Source: Candidatus Kapaibacterium sp. (GTDB lineage Bacteria; Bacteroidota; Ignavibacteria; Kapaibacteriales; UBA2268). Taken from it: 64,000 bases of DNA. A model generated the notes under the pieces. It made no database searches, was not told the origin of the DNA, and saw only the letters and a program-made list of their open reading frames with translations. The number at the start of each line of letters is the position of its first letter. Within the stretch, counting starts at the first letter, position 1. Where the stretch lies: assembly GCA_963665665.1 (NCBI GenBank), contig OY762428.1:4416001-4480000 (forward strand), in the 5' to 3' direction. Positions 58,102 through 64,000 of the stretch are shown here, in pieces. The translations under genes were made by a program, and so were the position numbers.

Positions 58102-59052
58102 ATGGCAGATACACAATTTGGAGCAAAAGGCTGGACACCTGATCGAATCGCTTCCCTCGAAGGAAAAACTTATCTAATAACAGGAGCTAACAGCGGTACA
58201 GGTTTTGAAGCATCTAAGATTCTTCTGTCCAAAGGGGCTAAAGTTGTAATGTTGAACCGCAATACTCAAAAATCATCTGATGCTATTGAGGCATTAAAAC
58301 AAGAGCTTGGTAATAATGCAAACGTATCATTCATACTCATGGACTTGGGTGATCAGGCTTCAGTTCGAAAAGCAGCAAAAGAGGTTCTTGAAACCGTCCC
58401 ACGAATAGATGCTCTTATTTGTAATGGGGCGATTGCACAAGTGCCTAATCAGCAGTTAACTGTTGATGGTTTTGAAAGCCAGCTTGGAGTTAACCACTAC
58501 GGTCATTTTCTTCTGCAAGGTTTACTTTTCCCGCTAATTGAAAAATCAAAAGGCCGAATCGTAACGGTTGGCAGTATGGGTTATAATTTAGGCATAAAAA
58601 CAATCCAATTCGATGATATGAACTGGGATAAGAATTATCATCCCAATAATGTCTATAGCCAGAGCAAATTAGCGCAAATTATGTCAGTTTATGAATTGCA
58701 GGACAGACTTGAAAAGGCTGGTAAAACAGATGTAAAAGTTTATGCTTGTCATCCTGGAGCTTCAACAACTTCACTGATTAAAACCAGCGGCAGTTTAATG
58801 ATGCGGTTCACATGGTGGTTGATGACATTGTCTCCTATGGTGCAGTCAGCAGAAAAAGGTTCTTATCCGGAACTTATGTGTGCAACGGAAGAGAATCTGG
58901 ATCAGAAAGGGTTTTATGGTCCAACAGGGCGAAGCAATTGGACTGGGCCGGTTGGAGAACATAAACTTGAACCACATGCAAAAGACAAAGCCGTAGCTGA
59001 AAAGCTTTGGGATTTATCAGAAAAAGAAACAGGATTTAACTGGAATTTATAG
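58102..59052 (+). CDS. SDR oxidoreductase
   Basis: TGANSGTG, YSQSK, CHPG. Confidence 0.95.
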   Translation: MADTQFGAKGWTPDRIASLEGKTYLITGANSGTGFEASKILLSKGAKVVMLNRNTQKSSDAIEALKQELGNNANVSFILMDLGDQASVRKAAKEVLETVPRIDALICNGAIAQVPNQQLTVDGFESQLGVNHYGHFLLQGLLFPLIEKSKGRIVTVGSMGYNLGIKTIQFDDMNWDKNYHPNNVYSQSKLAQIMSVYELQDRLEKAGKTDVKVYACHPGASTTSLIKTSGSLMMRFTWWLMTLSPMVQSAEKGSYPELMCATEENLDQKGFYGPTGRSNWTGPVGEHKLEPHAKDKAVAEKLWDLSEKETGFNWNL

Positions 59053-59063
59053 GAGCAAGAGAC

Positions 59064-59567
59064 ATGGAAATATTAAAAGCAGCCACAGAATGGGCAAAAG
59101 CGGAAGTCTTTTCAACTTCATTTTTCATCATAGCAGGAGTTCTGTTTGTCACTGTAAGTATTGGCTTCTGGCAGCTGGGTAAAACAGATTTAGCAAAGGC
59201 CTACATTATCCCCACTTTAGTAGCCGGCGTTTTACTATTGATTATAGGAATTGGTTTACTTTTTACAAACATATCAAGAATTTCAAGCTTTGAGGAAGAC
59301 TACAATAAGGATGCTTCGGCTTTTGTGAAATCAGAAATTGATCGTGTCGACAGAACTTTAAAACAATACACCGTAGTATTTAAAGCTATTCCGATAATTA
59401 TTGCTGTATGTGCCTTATTAATTATTTTCTTTAGCGCCCCAAATTGGCGAGCAAGCCTGATTACAACCATTGCTATACTGATAGTTGTTTTATTGATAGA
59501 CGGCACTGCCAATGCCAGAATTGAAGCCTATAACAAACAATTAATATTAGTAGAAAAACAATATTGA
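59064..59567 (+). CDS. Four-TM membrane protein
   Basis: Four hydrophobic helices; RBS AGGAG. Confidence 0.8.
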   Translation: MEILKAATEWAKAEVFSTSFFIIAGVLFVTVSIGFWQLGKTDLAKAYIIPTLVAGVLLLIIGIGLLFTNISRISSFEEDYNKDASAFVKSEIDRVDRTLKQYTVVFKAIPIIIAVCALLIIFFSAPNWRASLITTIAILIVVLLIDGTANARIEAYNKQLILVEKQY

Positions 59568-59615
59568 ATTTAGGGATTTGATTTATTATTTATTAAAAAT
59601 TAAGGAGTTAGAATC

Positions 59616-60644
59616 ATGAAATACAAAAATTTGGGAAACACAGGATTATACGTTTCGGAACTAACACTCGGAACCATGACTTTCGACAAAGAAGGTGGAA
59701 GTTACTCAGGAGTGATTGGAGCAACCGGACAGGAACTGGCAACAAAAATGGTTAACCTGGCAATTGATGCGGGTATTAACATTTTTGATACCGCCAATGT
59801 ATATAGTTCCGGCGAATCGGAAATTATGCTTGGAAAAGCCTTAGGTAATAAAAGGAAAGATGTGATTATTGCAAGCAAGGTATATAGTTCCCTGACTACG
59901 GGGCCAAATGAACTGGGAACAAGCCGCCAGGCAATTATGCGAGAAGTGGAAGGCAGCCTGAAACGTCTGGGAACCGATTACATAGACCTTTACCAGGTTC
60001 ACATGTTCGATATTACAACCCCACTTGAAGAAACATTAAAAGCATTAGATGACCTGGTTCGTCATGGTAAGGTAAGATATATCGGGCTCTCAAATTTCAG
60101 TGCATGGCAAATTGCCAAAGCCGATGGATTGGCAAAGTTATTGGGCACTGAAAAATTCTGTTCGGCCCAGGTATATTATTCCCTGGTGGGCCGTGAACTT
60201 GAAAAGGAAATTATTCCGGCAACCATGGATTTGGGATTAGGAACATTGATATACAGTCCGCTATCGGCAGGTTTCTTAAGCGGGAAATACACCCGGGAAG
60301 GTGAAGCTTCAGGACGGAGAGCGAATTTTGACTTTCCACCGGTTGAAAAGGAGCAGGGTTTTAATATTTTAGATAAATTGATGGAAATTGCGGATAGCAA
60401 GAATGCATCAGTTGCACAAATTTCATTGGCATGGCTGCTTCACAAACAAGGTGTTACCAGCGTAATTATTGGAGCACGAAAGGAGGAGCAGCTAATTGAT
60501 AACCTGGGTGCTGCAGATATAATTTTAAGCGATGAGGAAATAAAACAACTGAATGCAGTTAGTGCTTTAAAACCAGAGTATCCTCAATATGTTTCACCTA
60601 TGAATCGTGGTGAAAGCTTATTTAGCCGTTTCCAAAACGACTAA
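59616..60644 (+). CDS. Aldo/keto reductase
   Basis: LGTMTF, FDTANVY, SLKRLGTDYIDLYQVH, GKVRYIGLSN. Confidence 0.95.
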   Translation: MKYKNLGNTGLYVSELTLGTMTFDKEGGSYSGVIGATGQELATKMVNLAIDAGINIFDTANVYSSGESEIMLGKALGNKRKDVIIASKVYSSLTTGPNELGTSRQAIMREVEGSLKRLGTDYIDLYQVHMFDITTPLEETLKALDDLVRHGKVRYIGLSNFSAWQIAKADGLAKLLGTEKFCSAQVYYSLVGRELEKEIIPATMDLGLGTLIYSPLSAGFLSGKYTREGEASGRRANFDFPPVEKEQGFNILDKLMEIADSKNASVAQISLAWLLHKQGVTSVIIGARKEEQLIDNLGAADIILSDEEIKQLNAVSALKPEYPQYVSPMNRGESLFSRFQND

Positions 60645-60754
60645 TGATTTGAACTTTTATTTAAAAATCAATATCTTTGGATTGCTGTTGTTAAAGAAAT
60701 ATAACAATAGCAGCCAGGGATAACTTTTTTTAATTTTAAATTATATGGTTACTT

Positions 60755-61678
60755 ATGAAATATATAAACTATAAAAATATTCGGGAATTTAACCTGGCTC
60801 AGAATTTACCTGAACCTGAGAATCCACTTTTCAGTATTGGACATAAAAAGTTAGGCTCTGATGAAATAGAAAATTGTGTCTCCTCAAATGAAGAAATGTG
60901 TTATACTAACCAATTTTATTTAATAAGCCTTAAAAAGATTGTTTCAGGTGAGATAATTTATGGTAGGACAAAGTATGATTGCAGCAACGGGACATTATTT
61001 TTTTCAGCGCCAAATCAGACTTATAAAGTAAAAAACGTTGTGGTTAGTTCAGAATCCTGGTTTATTGCGTTCCATGAAGATTTTGTTCAAGGGCTGGATA
61101 TTCGTAAACGTATAAGAAAATATAATTTCTTCAATTACAATGTCAACGAAGCTCTTCACCTCACACCTAAAGAAGAAAATATACTTAAATCAATCTTCTC
61201 AAACATTGAATCAGAATATAATGCTAACCAGGATGAATTCTCTAAAGAATTGATCCTTACTCATCTCGAAGCCTTGTTAAAGTATTCAGATCGTTTTTAC
61301 AAAAGGCAGTTTTTGGATAGAAAGGTAATATCTTCGGACTTGTATTCAAAATTCTATGAATTCATGCATACTTATTTTGAGAGTAATAATTTAGAAGAAA
61401 CAGGGATACCAAAGATTGAAGATATTGCTAAAGCTCTTTCTGTATCTCAAAGATATTTAAGCGATTCATTAAAAACAGAAACCGGAAAAGCAGCTACTGA
61501 CCACATAAATATGTTCTTAATTGAAGAAGCTAAGAATATATTATTACAACCAAAGATGACAGTATCTGAAACTGCATATCAGTTAGGATTCGAATACCCT
61601 CAATATTTCTCAAGATTATTTAAGAAAAAAACAGGGCTAAGTCCGAGCGAATATCAGGAATCCTTTATTCGGAATTAA
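60755..61678 (+). CDS. AraC-family transcriptional regulator
   Basis: VSETAYQLGFEYPQYFSRLFKKKTGLSP. Confidence 0.95.
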   Translation: MKYINYKNIREFNLAQNLPEPENPLFSIGHKKLGSDEIENCVSSNEEMCYTNQFYLISLKKIVSGEIIYGRTKYDCSNGTLFFSAPNQTYKVKNVVVSSESWFIAFHEDFVQGLDIRKRIRKYNFFNYNVNEALHLTPKEENILKSIFSNIESEYNANQDEFSKELILTHLEALLKYSDRFYKRQFLDRKVISSDLYSKFYEFMHTYFESNNLEETGIPKIEDIAKALSVSQRYLSDSLKTETGKAATDHINMFLIEEAKNILLQPKMTVSETAYQLGFEYPQYFSRLFKKKTGLSPSEYQESFIRN

Positions 61679-61809
61679 AAGAATAATCCCGGGGAAGTCG
61701 TAGGATAAATACCCCGCTGCTTGCAGCTAAATCAGTTTCCAAAGTTTGCATTGGGGTTCATATCCGTGAAGGGATAATTTCATCTCAAAATCTTTTTATC
61801 ATACTTATT

Positions 61810-62056
61810 TTACAGCTTTAAAACTCTTCTAATTTCGGAAATGAAATCTTTCAATACAATTGGTTTATCAATTTTACCTACAAAACCATGTTCTTCATAA
61901 TTGGCTACAACAGGTAAGCCGAAATGGCCGCTGTAAACTAATGCTTTTACGTTTTCATCAAGTTCTTTCAGTTTTTTCAGAACAGCTAAACCATCGTTAT
62001 CATGGCCGATTTATGTTAAATCGAGCATAATTAAATCGTATGGATCTTTGGTTAAG
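61810..62056 (-). pseudogene. Receiver-domain remnant
   Basis: DPYDLIMLDLT*IGHDNDGLAVLKKLKELDENVKALVYSG...IDKP...LKL*; in-frame TAA at 62011-62013; 5' part missing. Confidence 0.75.
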
Positions 62057-62547
62057 AATCCCACCCCGCCATCCGGCCACCTTTGAGAAGTCTGTGATAA
62101 ATTGCAAGTTTTTTTCAAAAAATCATATAATTGTTATAATTTATGCAAAACCAATCGCATAAATACAGCTATCGAAATGTTGGAGAGATGGATAATTGGT
62201 AATTATCATGCTGAATATTTTTACTTATGAGCTTACTAAAAATATCCTTCTAAAGATATTCAAAAATTAACCAAAACATTATCCGATGCCCGGGGTGACT
62301 TGAATCCTCCTGAAACTAAAGCGGAGTTATTTGTATTTAAGTAGCCGCTTTCAATGGTAGTTATTCTTGTTTCTGTTTTATGTACCTTAGCATTGAAATA
62401 CAAAATATTTCGACATACTTACAATTAATGGAGGAAAATTTATCGATTTATAAGTTTGCTTATAAAGTTCAGGTTTCATATATTATGAATATGTGATCAA
62501 TTTTTGGCATTGATTTTTTTTTGTATTCTTCCTAACAGGCAAACTAA

Positions 62548-64000
62548 ATGAATAACTACATAAATATATTACATCTCGAAGACAATTTTTTCGATTCTGT
62601 TTTAGTTGAAGATATTTTGCAGGAGAATAATATTAAATCCAAGATAAAACTTGTTGATACTAAATATGATTTTGAAGAAAGCGTATCATTGCAAAACTAT
62701 GATGTTATTCTTGCTGATTTTAACTTGCCGTCTTATAGTGGTGTTGAAGCTTTAAAATATGTTTTAAAGGTTAGCCCGCAAACGCCTTTTATATTTGTTT
62801 CAGGAGTTTTAGGGGAAGAATCTGCAATTGAGTCAATGAAAATGGGAGCTACTGATTATGTTCTTAAAAGTGCTTTAAGAAAATTGCCAGGCGCTGTTAA
62901 AAGAGCTTTAAGAGAAGTTGTAATATTGAATGAAAAGTTAATAACTGAAAAGAAAAATCAGCATCTTACTATGGTATTGAAATCAATTAAGGAAATCAAT
63001 AAACTGATAGCAAAGGAACCCGACAATGTTGAAACAATAATGGAAAAAACTATAGAGATACTTACTGCAAACAGGGGTTACCACTATTCTTTTTTTGCCA
63101 GTTACGATTCCGGGAAAATAAAAATTTGCAAGGGAACAGGTTCAATTGGAAATATCAATGATTTTTGTGAAAAAGTTTCCGATGTAAATTCGCCTTCTTG
63201 CTGGTCGGTATCTTGTAAAACTAATGAAACTATAAAGATTCTTCCCGACAACGATATCTGTAACAAATGCTTTTTCAATAAGATTGAACCAAGAGGCGGC
63301 CGGGTAATATTAGTCAAATCTTTAAAATATAATAATAAAATTTTGGGAGTTCTTCACATTGCTATAAACAAATTTTTTGCAGAAAACCAGGAGGAGATTG
63401 AACTTTTTACAGAAATTGCTGATGACCTTGCATTTGCCTTGCATAATATTAAAATTCGAAAAGAAAAAATTCAAGCTGAAAAGTTGCTCAAACAATCGCA
63501 ACAAAACTATAAAGAACTTGTTGATAATGCTTTAGTTGGGATTTATAAATCTGATTTAGAAGGAAAAATAATATTTGCCAATGATTCAATGGCACAAATA
63601 TTAAATTGTAAATCAGTTGAAGAAGTGGTGAATTCGAAAGCAACTGAATTTTATAAGGATGAAAATATCAGAAATGAATTTCTTAAGCAATTGTTCTCGA
63701 AAAAAAGAGTCAGCAATTATGAAATTGAAGTTATTGATTCTAACAAAAATTCAAGGAATGTACTTGTTAACGCTTATGTGGATAATGGCGTAATTACCGG
63801 GATGATGAATGATATCAGCAGTCAAAAAAAAGCTGAGAATGATTTAAAAGAAAGCGAAAGAAAATTTAGAAAAATTACTGAAAATTCAGGAGATCTGATT
63901 TTTACATATAATGAGGAAGGGTTTTTATCTTATGTAAACAAATCATGCTGCGAATTGTTTGGCTTGGATAAAAAAGAAATAATCGGGAGAAATATAAAGG
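62548..64000 (+). CDS. REC-GAF-PAS signal transduction protein, partial (runs off window; not in ORF track)
   Basis: MNNYINILHLEDN...ILADFNLPSYSG...GATDYVLK, then GAF-like (EIADDLAFALH) and PAS repeats. Confidence 0.9.
   Translation, partial: MNNYINILHLEDNFFDSVLVEDILQENNIKSKIKLVDTKYDFEESVSLQNYDVILADFNLPSYSGVEALKYVLKVSPQTPFIFVSGVLGEESAIESMKMGATDYVLKSALRKLPGAVKRALREVVILNEKLITEKKNQHLTMVLKSIKEINKLIAKEPDNVETIMEKTIEILTANRGYHYSFFASYDSGKIKICKGTGSIGNINDFCEKVSDVNSPSCWSVSCKTNETIKILPDNDICNKCFFNKIEPRGGRVILVKSLKYNNKILGVLHIAINKFFAENQEEIELFTEIADDLAFALHNIKIRKEKIQAEKLLKQSQQNYKELVDNALVGIYKSDLEGKIIFANDSMAQILNCKSVEEVVNSKATEFYKDENIRNEFLKQLFSKKRVSNYEIEVIDSNKNSRNVLVNAYVDNGVITGMMNDISSQKKAENDLKESERKFRKITENSGDLIFTYNEEGFLSYVNKSCCELFGLDKKEIIGRNIK

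Noticed and set aside
62280-62350. SAM-riboswitch-like start (TTATCCGATG...)
   Set aside because: Lacks the conserved core and has no related downstream gene.

Overview
Low-GC bacterial DNA, probably Bacteroidota/Ignavibacteria-like (a T9SS-type C-terminal domain is present; taxonomy is inference). Bases 1-31,897 look like the right part of an element integrated in the tmRNA (ssrA) gene. A tyrosine integrase (30663-31730) is followed by a displaced tmRNA 3' end and terminator (attR). The element has a phage-type CI/Cro switch and a leftward recombination/replication operon (DUF932, Sak4-like, nuclease-ATPase fusion, DUF4373 initiator, Twinkle-like primase-helicase, Mor activator). It also carries a frameshifted RecD-like helicase-nuclease. 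No virion or conjugation genes occur in the window. A ~14.5-kb stress/dormancy-like cargo (AraC, RRM, CsbD remnant, SPFH, baeRF3/Balon-like factor, iaaA-cphB-cphA, GT4-GH130) lies between the primase-helicase and a diverged copy of its own 3' end (70-270). After attR come a variable region bounded by two type IIG RM-like remnants (including RhuM), a 21-bp tandem array, and host genes (cytochrome bd-like/c pair, tex, recR, T9SS beta-propeller, two-component genes, porin, zupT, oxidoreductases). The most unusual structure is at 55,577-56,212: two related 21-bp tandem arrays in inverted orientation joined at a perfect 16-bp palindrome, within a cluster of REP-like hairpins. Family assignments come from motif recognition, not database searches.
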